Below, one piece after another: positions 20,746 through 31,148 of a DNA stretch of 64,000 bases. The notes under the pieces were generated by a model, which saw only the letters and a program-made list of their open reading frames with translations, was not told the origin of the DNA and did not search any database. Made by a program: the position numbers and the translations under genes. The stretch's first letter is position 1. Every line of letters starts with the position of its first letter. Source of the DNA: Terracidiphilus sp. Its GTDB lineage: Bacteria > Acidobacteriota > Terriglobia > Terriglobales > Acidobacteriaceae. The stretch is taken from positions 2,475-66,474 of the forward strand of contig JBEKGY010000018.1 in NCBI GenBank assembly GCA_050012555.1, written 5' to 3'.

Positions 20746-22764
20746 ATGGCTTTTACTGAACAATACGATGTTGCCGTGGTGGGCGCCGGTCACGCCGGGT
20801 GCGAGGCGGCGATGGCCGCGGCGCGGATGGGGCTGAAGACCGCGCTCATCACCATGAACCTCGATCTGATCGCGCAGATGAGCTGCAATCCAGCCATCGG
20901 CGGCGTGGCCAAGGGTCACCTGGTGCGCGAGGTGGACGCGCTCGGCGGCATCATGGGCGAGGTGGCTGATGCCGTGGGCATCCAGTTCCGTCTGCTCAAT
21001 ACCTCGCGCGGGCCGGCGGTGTGGAGTCCGCGCGCGCAGTGCGACAAGCAGCTCTACCGCGTGCAGATGCGCGAGGTGCTGGAGTCGCAGCCGGGGCTGC
21101 ACATCCGCCAGGCTGAGGTCGTTGACCTGGTGATCGAGGACGCCGCTCCGGAACCGGTCTCAGTCTTCGAAGAACCCGATCAATTGCCCCGGCCCATCCG
21201 CCCTCGCCGGCGAGTGCTCGGCCTCAAGCTTCGCGACGGCCGCCGCATGCTGGCCGGGGCCACCATTATCACCACCGGAACCTTTCTGAACGGGCTGATC
21301 CACTGCGGCGAGGAGCGCTATCCGGCCGGCCGCAGCGGGGAACCGGCCTCTGTTCTGCTCGGCGAGGCGCTGCGCGCGCTGGGCCTGAGGACGTGCAGGC
21401 TCAAGACCGGCACACCGCCCCGTCTCGACGGCCGCACCATCCGCTGGGACGCCTTCGAGGAGCAGCCGGGCGACCTCGATCCCACGCCCTTCAGCTTCAG
21501 GACAAAGAAAATTGTCCGGCCCCAGGTTAGCTGCCACATTGCCTTCACCACGCCGGAGACCCTGCGCATCATTCGCGAGAATGTGCACCGCTCGGCCATG
21601 TATTCCGGGCAGATCGAGGGCATCGGACCGCGCTATTGTCCGTCCATCGAGGACAAGATCGTCAAATTCCCTTCCAAGACGCAGCACCAGTTTTTCCTGG
21701 AGCCGGAGGGGCTGAATACCCACGAGGTTTACGTGAACGGCATGTCCACCTCGCTGCCTATGGAGGTGCAGTGGCAGATCGTGCGCTCTATTCCTGGCCT
21801 CGAAGAGGCGGAGATGCTGCGCCCCGGCTATGCCATCGAGTATGACAGCGTGGACGCGACCGAACTGGATCGCACCTTGCGCGTGAAGAGCATGGAGGGG
21901 CTGTACCTGGCCGGCCAGATCAACGGGACAAGTGGATATGAAGAGGCGGCCTGCCAGGGCATCATGGCCGGCATCAACGCAGCCCTGTGGCTCAAGGGGC
22001 AGCCGGCTTTCACGATGGACCGGACCGAGGGCTACACCGGCATCCTGATCGACGACCTGATCTCGAAGGGCACCAATGAACCCTACCGCATGTTCACCTC
22101 GCGGGCCGAGTTCCGGCTGCACCTGCGCATCGACAACGCCGACCGCCGGCTCACCCCGCACGGCCGCCGTCTGGGCCTGATCAATGATGCGGCCTGGGCG
22201 GAGTACGAGCAGAAGCAGGCGAGGATGGCAGCGCTCGGCAAGCTGCTAACCACCGGCAAAGTCGACAATGAGCGGCTGGCTGGGGCTGGGTTCGGCGCGT
22301 TGACGGCCACCGCAGGACTGACCTGGGCGCAACTGCTCAAGCGCCCCGAGGTAACCATTGAGCCGGTGATTGCCGCCCTGCGCGAAACCCTGGCCCAGGA
22401 CCCGCTGCTCGCGGAACTGGCCGCCTTGGCCGGACAGAATCTCAACCAAAACGCTGAAGCGCGGAGCGCCGCCGTCCTGCGCAACGAGGCCCGCGCCGTC
22501 GAGACCGAGATCAAGTTCGCCGGCTATCTGGAGCAGCAAAAAAAATCCATAGAGAAGCTCAAGGCCGCGGAAGCCGTCGCAATTCCGGATTGGATCGAGT
22601 ACGGCGCCATCAGCGGCCTTTCGCGGGAGATGCTGGAGACGCTGGAGCGGGTGCGCCCCGCCACCATCGGCCAGGCCAGCCGCATACCCGGCGTCACGCC
22701 GGCCGCGCTCAGCCTGGTGCATGTTTCTATCCGTGTGCAGGGAGCCAGGCGGCTGGCAAGTTAG
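20746..22764 (+). CDS. mnmG: tRNA uridine-5-carboxymethylaminomethyl modification enzyme MnmG (GidA)
   Basis: [53 protein letters not shown]. Confidence 0.97.
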   Translation: MAFTEQYDVAVVGAGHAGCEAAMAAARMGLKTALITMNLDLIAQMSCNPAIGGVAKGHLVREVDALGGIMGEVADAVGIQFRLLNTSRGPAVWSPRAQCDKQLYRVQMREVLESQPGLHIRQAEVVDLVIEDAAPEPVSVFEEPDQLPRPIRPRRRVLGLKLRDGRRMLAGATIITTGTFLNGLIHCGEERYPAGRSGEPASVLLGEALRALGLRTCRLKTGTPPRLDGRTIRWDAFEEQPGDLDPTPFSFRTKKIVRPQVSCHIAFTTPETLRIIRENVHRSAMYSGQIEGIGPRYCPSIEDKIVKFPSKTQHQFFLEPEGLNTHEVYVNGMSTSLPMEVQWQIVRSIPGLEEAEMLRPGYAIEYDSVDATELDRTLRVKSMEGLYLAGQINGTSGYEEAACQGIMAGINAALWLKGQPAFTMDRTEGYTGILIDDLISKGTNEPYRMFTSRAEFRLHLRIDNADRRLTPHGRRLGLINDAAWAEYEQKQARMAALGKLLTTGKVDNERLAGAGFGALTATAGLTWAQLLKRPEVTIEPVIAALRETLAQDPLLAELAALAGQNLNQNAEARSAAVLRNEARAVETEIKFAGYLEQQKKSIEKLKAAEAVAIPDWIEYGAISGLSREMLETLERVRPATIGQASRIPGVTPAALSLVHVSIRVQGARRLAS

Positions 22765-22835
22765 TCAGCCGGCGTATTGGCTTCAACCTCCCGGAGAATT
22801 GATAGAGCCAGCCGCCCCACCGGTTGCTCTTGTCG

Positions 22836-23399
22836 CTACTTTGAGAACAGGGGAATGTGGAATGGCATCTCGGCATTGGACTGCTTCCTGGTCTTGGCGT
22901 TCGAGTCCTGGCGGAGCACGGTACGCTGGGAGTTGATGCACAGCCAGACGCCGTGTGCGCGCTCGTAGACATGCGTAAAGATGCCCTTTTCATCCACCTG
23001 GGCCGAATTCACCTTGCGGCGCAGCGTATAGGTCCCATTGGCGACGGCTATGTCGCCCAGCATGCGCACCGTAATCACCCGCTGATAGAGGTGGATGGTC
23101 TTATCCTCGCCGGTAATCATCGAGGCTACCTGCTGATTGCGGGTAGTGATGTCACCTATGGCGGAAACATCTACAAATAAAGGAGATAGTACCAGCTCCA
23201 GGCCGTATTGGTCACGCTGGTTGACGGCCTCGGACCAGGCGTCCTCAACCTTCTGGAACTCCCGGATCGCCGGGCTTTCGGCAGACGTGACGTTGGGCTG
23301 GGCCGAATCCGAGACCGGAGCCGGGCTCTGGGCGGCAGCAGCGCAGCATAAGAGAAGAAAAGCAGAAACACAAGCCACAAATCGGAACATACGCAGCAT
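22836..23399 (-). CDS. Secreted NTF2-like (DUF4440/SnoaL-type) protein
   Basis: Signal peptide; VRMLGDIAVANG...FTHVYER...WLCINSQ pattern. Confidence 0.75.
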   Translation of the reverse strand: MLRMFRFVACVSAFLLLCCAAAAQSPAPVSDSAQPNVTSAESPAIREFQKVEDAWSEAVNQRDQYGLELVLSPLFVDVSAIGDITTRNQQVASMITGEDKTIHLYQRVITVRMLGDIAVANGTYTLRRKVNSAQVDEKGIFTHVYERAHGVWLCINSQRTVLRQDSNAKTRKQSNAEMPFHIPLFSK

Positions 23400-23490
23400 A
23401 AACTCCCAACAAAGATGAAAGCTCTACCAAGATGATATCTCTTGGACTCCGGAGGAAGGCCGGACGGAAGCGGAAAAATGGAAGCAGGCC

Positions 23491-24243
23491 CTAGAGCAGC
23501 GTTTGCAACTGCTCCGGCTGGTGAAGGGTGACCAGGGAGTCTTTGATCGAGATCCAGCCGTCCTTGCGGAACTGGCCGAGGGTGCGGGTGACGGTTTCGC
23601 GGGTGGTGCAGGTCATCGAGGCCATCTCCTCGTGGGTCAGCAGCAGCGGGAAGCGGTAGCCGCCGCCGTCCAGGTGTTCGCCGATCTGATGAGCCAACTC
23701 GAGGAGCAGCCGTCCCAGGCGGGCGGCCACGGTCTCGGCCAGCGCGATGCGGCAGGCGTCCTGCAGCGCGAAGCGGTACTCCTGGCAGATGCACTGGACG
23801 GCGCGCATCTGCGCCTCCTTGTGGCTGCGCAGGAAGCTGAGAAACCTGTCGCGCTCGACGGGGCGGAGCTGGGCGCTGGTCAATGACTCGGCGGAGACCT
23901 CGTAGACGCCGTGGGAGAGAACCGCATACAGGCCCAGCATGGAGCCGGGTCCGGCGACGCGGACGATCATCTGACGATCCTCAAGGCGTCCGGCGGTGAG
24001 CTTGAGATAGCCGCCACAGATCAGATAGAGGCAGCGGGCATCCTCGCCCTGAGTAAACAGGGAAGCCTGCGCGGGAAGGGCGATGGTGCTGGTGGCCAGT
24101 TCAAGATCGGCCAGAACGGCGCTGCCCAGAGAGCAGAACCATCCGGGGCGGCGATTGCCGCAAGCCGCACAGCCCACTGGAACCGGCCGCGCAACGTGCT
24201 TTTTCCGCGCATGAACTTCTGCCGAGATCGCTGTGTCCACCAT
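23491..24243 (-). CDS. Crp/Fnr-family regulator with N-terminal Cys cluster
   Basis: CAAC-x8-C N-terminus, LFTQGE cNMP-like fold, HTH LTHEEMASMTCTTRETVTRTL. Confidence 0.93.
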   Translation of the reverse strand: MVDTAISAEVHARKKHVARPVPVGCAACGNRRPGWFCSLGSAVLADLELATSTIALPAQASLFTQGEDARCLYLICGGYLKLTAGRLEDRQMIVRVAGPGSMLGLYAVLSHGVYEVSAESLTSAQLRPVERDRFLSFLRSHKEAQMRAVQCICQEYRFALQDACRIALAETVAARLGRLLLELAHQIGEHLDGGGYRFPLLLTHEEMASMTCTTRETVTRTLGQFRKDGWISIKDSLVTLHQPEQLQTLL

Positions 24244-24404
24244 GGTCTTGCCCCTTCTTACGCCGATTCAGGACGTACACCTTTGCCTCTTGCTGAGCCC
24301 TGTGCAACGCTACAAGGGCTAAAGCTGGGGTGAAAATCCCCTGGACCTCCCGGAAAAGAAATTCTTACTTCACCAAATTTTGCAGGAGCAGCGACCGCTA
24401 TGGA

Positions 24405-24420
24405 TGTGATGGGCCTCACG
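24405..24420. promoter_or_regulatory. CRP-type box upstream of the crp/fnr gene (possible autoregulation)
   Basis: TGTGA-tgggcc-TCACG (9/10). Confidence 0.55.
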
Positions 24421-24789
24421 TCTATGTGGCAATGCCGAGGGTCGCAAACTCCGCCCTGGCTGGTCAAAATCGGATCGCACGATCTACGCCATCGGTCTGA
24501 GCGGGAAAGCTATTTTGGGTCATCTGGAAGCCAAAAAGCGCCAGAGTGGGCCGTCAATCCGATTTTGGGTAAGGTGTTCGGTTTTATACAGCTGCAAGGC
24601 CATAATCCTGATGTTCTGCTCAGAGAGCGCTCCCTCCATTCCGATAATCCCCGTCTCCAGGAGGGAGGCTTGAGCGTGTGTGCCAGAGTGGTGGATTGCT
24701 CTTGGCCGCGCTTGAGGATTGCCCGTGGGCAGGGGTCTGCATCACTTTCGGCGAGGATATTCCGGTCCGGAATACATCTCCCCAACGAA

Positions 24790-24859
24790 TGTGATGAACG
24801 TCACCGTTTGGTACAAAATTGCGCGTTAATATTCAGCGAATGAAGTGATGCTCCGCACA
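24790..24859 (+). promoter_or_regulatory. Predicted class II Crp/Fnr promoter of the cytochrome operon
   Basis: TGTGA-tgaacg-TCACC 24790-24805; -10 TAATAT 24827-24832 puts the box centre at -41.5; second box AGTGA-tgctcc-GCACA 24844-24859. Confidence 0.65.
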
Positions 24860-24926
24860 AGCCGACGGACGCTGGTACAACTGCTTCCGGAAGAGAGAAC
24901 GAGATCATCGAAGGTGGTAATTTTCC

Positions 24927-25904
24927 ATGCATAGAGATTGGTCTGTAACGCAACTGCCGATGAATGCGGCTCCGGGCAAGAAGCCGGGACTGCGAGCCTG
25001 TTTGATGTTGATGCTGGGCGCAAGCATCACCTGCGCCACTGCTCTCGGAGCTCAGGCGCCCAAAGCCGATCCGGGCGCCAAACCGGCCGCCGCTCAGGCC
25101 AAGGAAGCCGCACCTGCTGAGTTTGTGGGCGCAGAAACCTGCGCTACATGTCACGAAGAGGTGGTCAAGGGGTTCGCCGACAATCCTCACACCAAAATGG
25201 TGCTGATGCACGGCAACGGGGGTGTGACCTGCGAGAACTGCCACGGAGCGGGCAGCGAGCACGTGGCGGGCGGCGGGGACGTGACCAAGATCTTCGATCC
25301 CGCCAAGGCCTCGGCCAAAGATGTGGACGCCAAGTGCCTGGGCTGCCACGCGGGAGCGCATCCCAACTTCCTGCGCGCTCCTCATGCCAAGGCCGGCGTA
25401 AGCTGCGTCAGTTGCCACAGCGTGCACGCCAAAGGCGACAGGGAATCCCTCCTCAAGGCTCCTCAGCCCACGCTCTGCTATCAGTGCCACACCGACGCGA
25501 AGCCGGCGTTCGATATGCCGTTCCACCACAAGGTGAACGAAGGCCTGGTCAAGTGCAGCGACTGCCATGACGTTCACGGCACCTTCGGGAACAACAACAT
25601 TAAGTCTACGGCTGATCAAAATATGATCTGCACCAAGTGTCACATGGAGAACCGTGGGCCTTTCGTGTACGAGCACGCACCGGTCAAGGCGGAGGGCTGC
25701 CTGTCATGCCACACTCCGCATGGTTCTCAGAACGCCCGGCTGATGAACATGCCGAGTATCAACACGCTGTGCAACCAGTGCCATAGCCCGGTCTCCGCCG
25801 CCACGGTTCACGGAATGAACGCAGGATCGTCGGAGATACTGCCATGCATCGACTGCCACACCATGATCCATGGGTCCAATCTCAATCAGGCGTTCCTCAA
25901 GTAA
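24927..25904 (+). CDS. DmsE/MtrA/MtoA-family periplasmic decaheme cytochrome c (start may be 24960 or later)
   Basis: Ten CxxCH (CATCH, CENCH, CLGCH, CVSCH, CYQCH, CSDCH, CTKCH, CLSCH, CNQCH, CIDCH); RGPFVYEHAPV and IHGSN family motifs; signal peptide. Confidence 0.95.
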   Translation: MHRDWSVTQLPMNAAPGKKPGLRACLMLMLGASITCATALGAQAPKADPGAKPAAAQAKEAAPAEFVGAETCATCHEEVVKGFADNPHTKMVLMHGNGGVTCENCHGAGSEHVAGGGDVTKIFDPAKASAKDVDAKCLGCHAGAHPNFLRAPHAKAGVSCVSCHSVHAKGDRESLLKAPQPTLCYQCHTDAKPAFDMPFHHKVNEGLVKCSDCHDVHGTFGNNNIKSTADQNMICTKCHMENRGPFVYEHAPVKAEGCLSCHTPHGSQNARLMNMPSINTLCNQCHSPVSAATVHGMNAGSSEILPCIDCHTMIHGSNLNQAFLK

Positions 25905-26024
25905 TGGAGCTCGGCCGCGCCCTCCAGACCCATCGGACGGCGCGGCCCGGATCCCGTACCAAGTTCGTGCACGTGTTCAAGATTTCGATGTCAGCAACAA
26001 TGTTTTTTTCAAGTGAGGCTTCAT

Positions 26025-28694
26025 ATGAAAACGATAGGCTGGTTTTCTAGGCTGTCCAATCAACAGCACTCTCTGGCAATGATCCTGCGCGCCGCTGGGG
26101 GCATTGGACTCGCCATTTTACTGATGACGGGGGGCATCGCGGTCGCCCAGGATAATCCGACGCCCGCCAACCCATTGCCGAAGCCGGAGTCACAGATGAC
26201 TGTCCCGCATGGGTATTCGATCCATGAGAGCGTGGATGTAGGCGGGCGCATAGCCAGCATCTCGGGCAGCGGGGCCATGTACGACACGCTGGTCAATCTG
26301 CAGACCGGGCCGCGCTTGCTTGGCGAGACCTTTGAGATGCGTGCTCGTCCAGAAACTAAGCATACCCTTTTCGATTCCCTCAGGGCCATCGGCAACGGGC
26401 TCGGCGGCGATCCGTACAACTTCGCCAAGCTGGACTTCTCCAAGGGCAAGATCTACGAGTTCTCGGGACTGTTCCGTCGCGACCGCCAGTACTTCGACTA
26501 CGATCTGCTGGGCAACCCGAATATTCAATCGGGGCTGTCGATTCCCTACGGGAAAACAGCCGGTGTGCCGACTGCGTCGTCGCTTGCCTGGCCGCAGGTT
26601 ATGCAATCGCCGGTGATGTTCAACACGGTGCGCCGCATGACGGACACCAACCTCACCATCCTTCCGCTATCGAAGGTGACGTTTCGGGCGGGGTACTCGC
26701 AGAATATCTTCCAGGGCCCGACCCTGAGCCCTGGTGAATCTGTCGGCAAGTACGATTCCCTGCTCTCGGAGTATCAGCGCAACAGCACCGACGATTTCAC
26801 GGGGGGGATCGATTGGAAGCCCGTGCGGGACACCAAGTTGACCTTTGAAGAGGAGGTCGACCACTACAAGGCAAACTCCTATTTTACTCTGGCGCCAAGC
26901 GACTTCATTGTGCAGGAATTGGACGGAACACCGGTGTCCCTTGGCGATTGGGACAGCCAGGCCGCCTACGGCATCGGCGCCTGCATTACAGGCAGCATGG
27001 GCAGTGGATACACCAACTCAACCCACTACACCATCCTCTCGGCGCCGCTAACTACCGGCGGCCTGCCGGTCATCAATCCGGCATGCGATGTGGCTACAAG
27101 CTACCTGCGCTCGCAGCCGACGCGCATTCTCTACCCCACGGAGATTTTCCGGCTGCAAAGCGCAAGCATCAAGAATATCTCGATGAACGGTGATTTCCGC
27201 TACACCAGCGCAAATATGAACCTGCCCAACTACTACGAGAATTTCCAGGGCCTGCTTGGGGAGTCGAAAACTGGTACGGGAGTCACCCCCGCATACCCTG
27301 CGCAGGCAGTCCGCTCTGCGACGTTTACGGGTAGCGCGACCGCCAAGCGGGAGGTGGTAGCTGCCGACTATGGCATCGTCTGGCAGGCAACCAAGACGGT
27401 CAGCCTCTCTGAACAAATTGACTACTCCAATGTTCACCAGCCCGGCACCGCCAACATCTCGGATGGGATCACTGCAAATACGCCCACGAACCCGAATGAA
27501 ACCATCAACTACTCAGGTCCGCTGGGCCCTGGAGTCAATCTCACTGCTGAGGGCAGCCCCAACGGCACTCCCCTGCCTGACTACTTTGGCCAGAAGATCC
27601 TGACCAATAACGTGACCGGGACCTGGGATGCCTCCTCTCGCGCCACGCTCTCGTTCACTTATCGCTACCGCACCCACACCATCGGCGAAGGCATTCCCAA
27701 TAACGCTCCATTAGCCGTGGGCGCGGATACAAACGGAACCGTAACCATTAACGAAAACGGTGGAATCTTCAACGCCGCCCTACGTCCCACCAATAATTGG
27801 GATGTCAATGGCACGGTGGAGATACTCTACGACGACAACGCCTTCACCCCGGTCGGTCCGCGGCAGACGAAGCACTATAGAGTGCATACCATGTACAAGC
27901 CAAAGCCCTGGGCGACGGTATCGGGCGCCTATAACGACCTGGAACGGCATAACAACACCAACAACAACCAGAGCGCCGTCACGGCAGCCGATGTCCCGTA
28001 CGAGGGCCCGCTCGATCATGTCGATTACAGCCGGGTTTTCAGCCTGGGCGCGGTGCTGTTGCCGAATGAGCACTACGGGCTCGATCTCAATTACGCCTAT
28101 AGCGATGTGTATGCGGCGACCAACATCTGCTATGACAACGGCGCCCAGAACGCCTCGACCACCGTGGGCCTGCCCGGCACTGCCTCGACCACAAGCGGCG
28201 GAGCACCGAATGTATGCCCTGGCGTCTTCACCAGGGGGTCGACGACCCAACTCGCGGATTGGTTTGCCCGGGACTTCATGTCTGCTCCCACGCAATACGG
28301 ATCGGTGGCTCTCGCGATGTCCCCCGTCAACAAAATCCATTCAAATATCGGCTATCGCATCAGCTCCGTGAGCGGCAGCCAGTTTTTCAACGATGCGCGG
28401 GCGGTCAACGGCTCGCTGGTTTCTACGTATCAGTCTCCCTTTGTGAATCTTGCATGGACGGTCCGTCATGGAATGATTATGAAGGCAGAATACAACTTCT
28501 ACGGCTACGGCGAGGGCGGTCCTTCCGGCCCGCAGTTCTGCAGCACTTCAACGTCTACGACATCAACGGTTGCTCCTTGCGCGTCTTTCGCTCCAACCTA
28601 TCTGACCGGCCTAACCGAACCGCCTTCCGGTCTGACCGCACCCCGGAACTTTCACGCCAATAACGTGACCCTTACTGTGCATTACGAATTCTGA
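26025..28694 (+). CDS. MtrB/PioB-like outer-membrane beta-barrel
   Basis: Directly follows the decaheme gene; signal peptide; amphipathic strands; C-terminal LTVHYEF beta-signal. Confidence 0.8.
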   Translation: MKTIGWFSRLSNQQHSLAMILRAAGGIGLAILLMTGGIAVAQDNPTPANPLPKPESQMTVPHGYSIHESVDVGGRIASISGSGAMYDTLVNLQTGPRLLGETFEMRARPETKHTLFDSLRAIGNGLGGDPYNFAKLDFSKGKIYEFSGLFRRDRQYFDYDLLGNPNIQSGLSIPYGKTAGVPTASSLAWPQVMQSPVMFNTVRRMTDTNLTILPLSKVTFRAGYSQNIFQGPTLSPGESVGKYDSLLSEYQRNSTDDFTGGIDWKPVRDTKLTFEEEVDHYKANSYFTLAPSDFIVQELDGTPVSLGDWDSQAAYGIGACITGSMGSGYTNSTHYTILSAPLTTGGLPVINPACDVATSYLRSQPTRILYPTEIFRLQSASIKNISMNGDFRYTSANMNLPNYYENFQGLLGESKTGTGVTPAYPAQAVRSATFTGSATAKREVVAADYGIVWQATKTVSLSEQIDYSNVHQPGTANISDGITANTPTNPNETINYSGPLGPGVNLTAEGSPNGTPLPDYFGQKILTNNVTGTWDASSRATLSFTYRYRTHTIGEGIPNNAPLAVGADTNGTVTINENGGIFNAALRPTNNWDVNGTVEILYDDNAFTPVGPRQTKHYRVHTMYKPKPWATVSGAYNDLERHNNTNNNQSAVTAADVPYEGPLDHVDYSRVFSLGAVLLPNEHYGLDLNYAYSDVYAATNICYDNGAQNASTTVGLPGTASTTSGGAPNVCPGVFTRGSTTQLADWFARDFMSAPTQYGSVALAMSPVNKIHSNIGYRISSVSGSQFFNDARAVNGSLVSTYQSPFVNLAWTVRHGMIMKAEYNFYGYGEGGPSGPQFCSTSTSTTSTVAPCASFAPTYLTGLTEPPSGLTAPRNFHANNVTLTVHYEF

Positions 28695-28716
28695 CCGGGC
28701 TTTGCCCGCTAACCAT

Positions 28717-28753
28717 CGGCGCAGTACCTGAAAGCTAGGGGCTGCGCCGTTTC
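28717..28753 (+). terminator. Hairpin after the barrel gene (weak terminator or stabiliser)
   Basis: CGGCGCAGT...GCTGCGCCG followed by TTTC. Confidence 0.45.
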
Positions 28754-28894
28754 ATGTGAGATGGTTTATCTTGCCATCCTGGTTGCATCCCTTGCGACTC
28801 AACCCTTTCGCCGGGGTTGTAATATGAAGAAGAAAAACGCTCGGCCGGTGCTGCTACAACGCAATCCGGCCGACAAAACTCAAGGAGTTTCGCA

Positions 28895-29236
28895 ATGACA
28901 AAGACGATTCGATCCCTGTTGGTGCTGGCCGCTGTAGTGTGTCTGGCCGGCGCCGTGGGCTTCGCCCAAACCTCAGGCGACGCAACCTACAAAGCCAAGT
29001 GCGCGATGTGCCATGGCGCCTCCGGCGTCCCCAGTGCGGGGATGGCCAAGGCGATGGGCATCAAGGCAGCCTCCGAGCCGGCAATCAAAGCCCTCACGGC
29101 GGAGCAGATGATTGCCGCCGTCAAGAACGGCAAGGGCAAGATGAAGCCTGTTGCCGGACTTACCGATGCGCAGATGAAGGATGCGGTGAATTCCTACCGC
29201 AAATTCCTGAACCCGCAACCGCTGCCGCCCGGCTAG
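28895..29236 (+). CDS. Periplasmic monoheme class I cytochrome c
   Basis: AAGGAG RBS, signal peptide, CAMCH, distal Met in GKGKMKP. Confidence 0.92.
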   Translation: MTKTIRSLLVLAAVVCLAGAVGFAQTSGDATYKAKCAMCHGASGVPSAGMAKAMGIKAASEPAIKALTAEQMIAAVKNGKGKMKPVAGLTDAQMKDAVNSYRKFLNPQPLPPG

Positions 29237-29423
29237 TAAGGGCCGCGGCCTACCGTAAAAGTCCCGCCCTGGAGCGAGACCATGACAGGTGTGCCCAAAG
29301 CCAAGGCTGCGTAAGTATTGATCTCCTTGAGAAATCAATACCCCGTACAAGGGGTCTTTCAGGGCGCCGCAATCGTGATATCGTTTTCCTCGGCGGGTCA
29401 TCCGTTTGAGAGTGGGGGATAAA

Positions 29424-30857
29424 GTGCCAGTGCTCAAAAAATTTCGTGAAAACTGGGTGCGCCCGGCGCTGTTCTTCGGCAACAACCCCATCAGCCTTGC
29501 AGGCGGAGCCATCACCAGCGCCTCCGGCGTGACCATGATCGGCTATTGGCTGGTGGAGATGTTCGGCCGGCCGTACGACAACCCCTACCTCGGCATCATT
29601 TTCCTCCTGATTCTGCCGGCTCTGTTTATCGCCGGGTTGCTGTTGATTCCGGTGGGCCTGTTTCTGCGCCGCAGGAAGCTGCAAATCGCAGGGCAGATTC
29701 CTACCGAGTTTCCCAAGATCGATCTCAACGACCGGATCTTCCGCCGCGGCCTGGACATCGTGCTGCTGTCCACAATTGCCAACCTCCTGGTTGTGTCCAT
29801 AGCCACCTATCGCGGCGCGGCCTACATGGATTCGCCCCAGTTCTGCGGCCAGTCCTGCCACGTAATGCACCCCGAGTTCACGGCCTACAAGATCTCCGCG
29901 CACTCTCATGTCGCGTGCGTTGACTGCCACATCGGCTCCGGCGCGGCCTCCTACTTTGCCGCCAAGGTAAACGGCACCAAGCAGATTGTTGAAGTCACGT
30001 TCGATACCTACCCCAGGCCCATTCCATCGCCGGTGGAGAATCTGCGCCCGGCGCGGTATATCTGCGAGGGCTGCCACACGCCGGCCAGGTTTGTCGGAGA
30101 AAAGCTGCTGGTCAAGTCAAACTTTGCCGACGACGAGAAGAACACCGAGACCCAGACGGTGGTGGTCCTGCACCTGGGCGGCGAGGATTCTCTTTCGCAC
30201 CTGACCGGGATTCACGGCGTGCACCTGGGCCACATCGAGTATGTCGCCACCGATCCCACCCGCACCGCCATCCCCTGGGTGCAGAAGCGGAACCCGGATG
30301 GCTCGGAAACCGTGTTTGCCACGGCCGCCGCTGGTAACGCCGTTCCCCAGGGCGAACGGCGGGTGATGGATTGCATCGACTGCCACAACCGCGCGGCGCA
30401 CACCTTTGTGACTGCGGAAGATGCGCTCAACCGGGCGATGGCCGAGGGTGCGGTCAGTCCGGAGCTGCCCTGGGTTCACAAAGAGGGTCTGGAACTGCTC
30501 AAGGCTGCCTATGCCTCCGAAGACGAGGCGAGCGCCAAGATTCCCGCCGGGCTGGAAGCCTTCTATCGCGCCCAGCATCCCGATGTGCTGGCCGCGAAGG
30601 CCGCGCTGGTCAAGTCCGCGGGCGAGGAACTCGTGGTCCTCTACAGCCAGAACGTCTTCCCCTTTATGAAGGTGACCTGGGGAACGCACCCCAACCACAT
30701 CGGCCACATTAGCTATCCGGGCTGCTGGCGCTGCCACGACGGCGACCACACGGCCAAGGACGGCACAAGCATCACCAATGACTGCGCGGCCTGCCACAAC
30801 CTGCTGGCTCAGGACGAAGCCAAGCCCAAGGTGCTTTCCGACATGGGCATTCAATAG
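29424..30857 (+). CDS. NapC/NirT-family, ImcH-like inner-membrane multiheme cytochrome
   Basis: Three N-terminal TM segments; CGQSCH plus CVDCH, CEGCH, CIDCH, CWRCH, CAACH; GTG start after GGGGGA. Confidence 0.88.
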   Translation: MPVLKKFRENWVRPALFFGNNPISLAGGAITSASGVTMIGYWLVEMFGRPYDNPYLGIIFLLILPALFIAGLLLIPVGLFLRRRKLQIAGQIPTEFPKIDLNDRIFRRGLDIVLLSTIANLLVVSIATYRGAAYMDSPQFCGQSCHVMHPEFTAYKISAHSHVACVDCHIGSGAASYFAAKVNGTKQIVEVTFDTYPRPIPSPVENLRPARYICEGCHTPARFVGEKLLVKSNFADDEKNTETQTVVVLHLGGEDSLSHLTGIHGVHLGHIEYVATDPTRTAIPWVQKRNPDGSETVFATAAAGNAVPQGERRVMDCIDCHNRAAHTFVTAEDALNRAMAEGAVSPELPWVHKEGLELLKAAYASEDEASAKIPAGLEAFYRAQHPDVLAAKAALVKSAGEELVVLYSQNVFPFMKVTWGTHPNHIGHISYPGCWRCHDGDHTAKDGTSITNDCAACHNLLAQDEAKPKVLSDMGIQ

Positions 30858-31148
30858 AAGAACCTGTAGCTCACCACCGCAGCGGCTTCAACCCGTCGCT
30901 GGGGCATCCAGGCGCCGGATGCCGAGAATCATTACTTTCTGGCTTACTGTGCCGGTCCCGCTGCATAATCTAGTGTTTAAGCACCCTCCACCGCTATACA
31001 ATCGGGACGAAGTGCTACGAACCCCATAGCCTCTGCCAAAAAGGCAGCCGGTTTTTTAAGACCGTTCGATGAAGGGGATGGGGTATTGCCAATTCCGCCT
31101 GTCTGGAATGAGGTACAGGTCTTTCCGGGTTCGTGTACAAAGAGGAAC

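Noticed and set aside
24425-24480. Possible c-di-GMP (GEMM) riboswitch near the cytochrome genes (GGCAA...GCAAA)
   Set aside because: No GNRA-capped P2 stem or receptor could be built by eye; an Rfam scan would settle it
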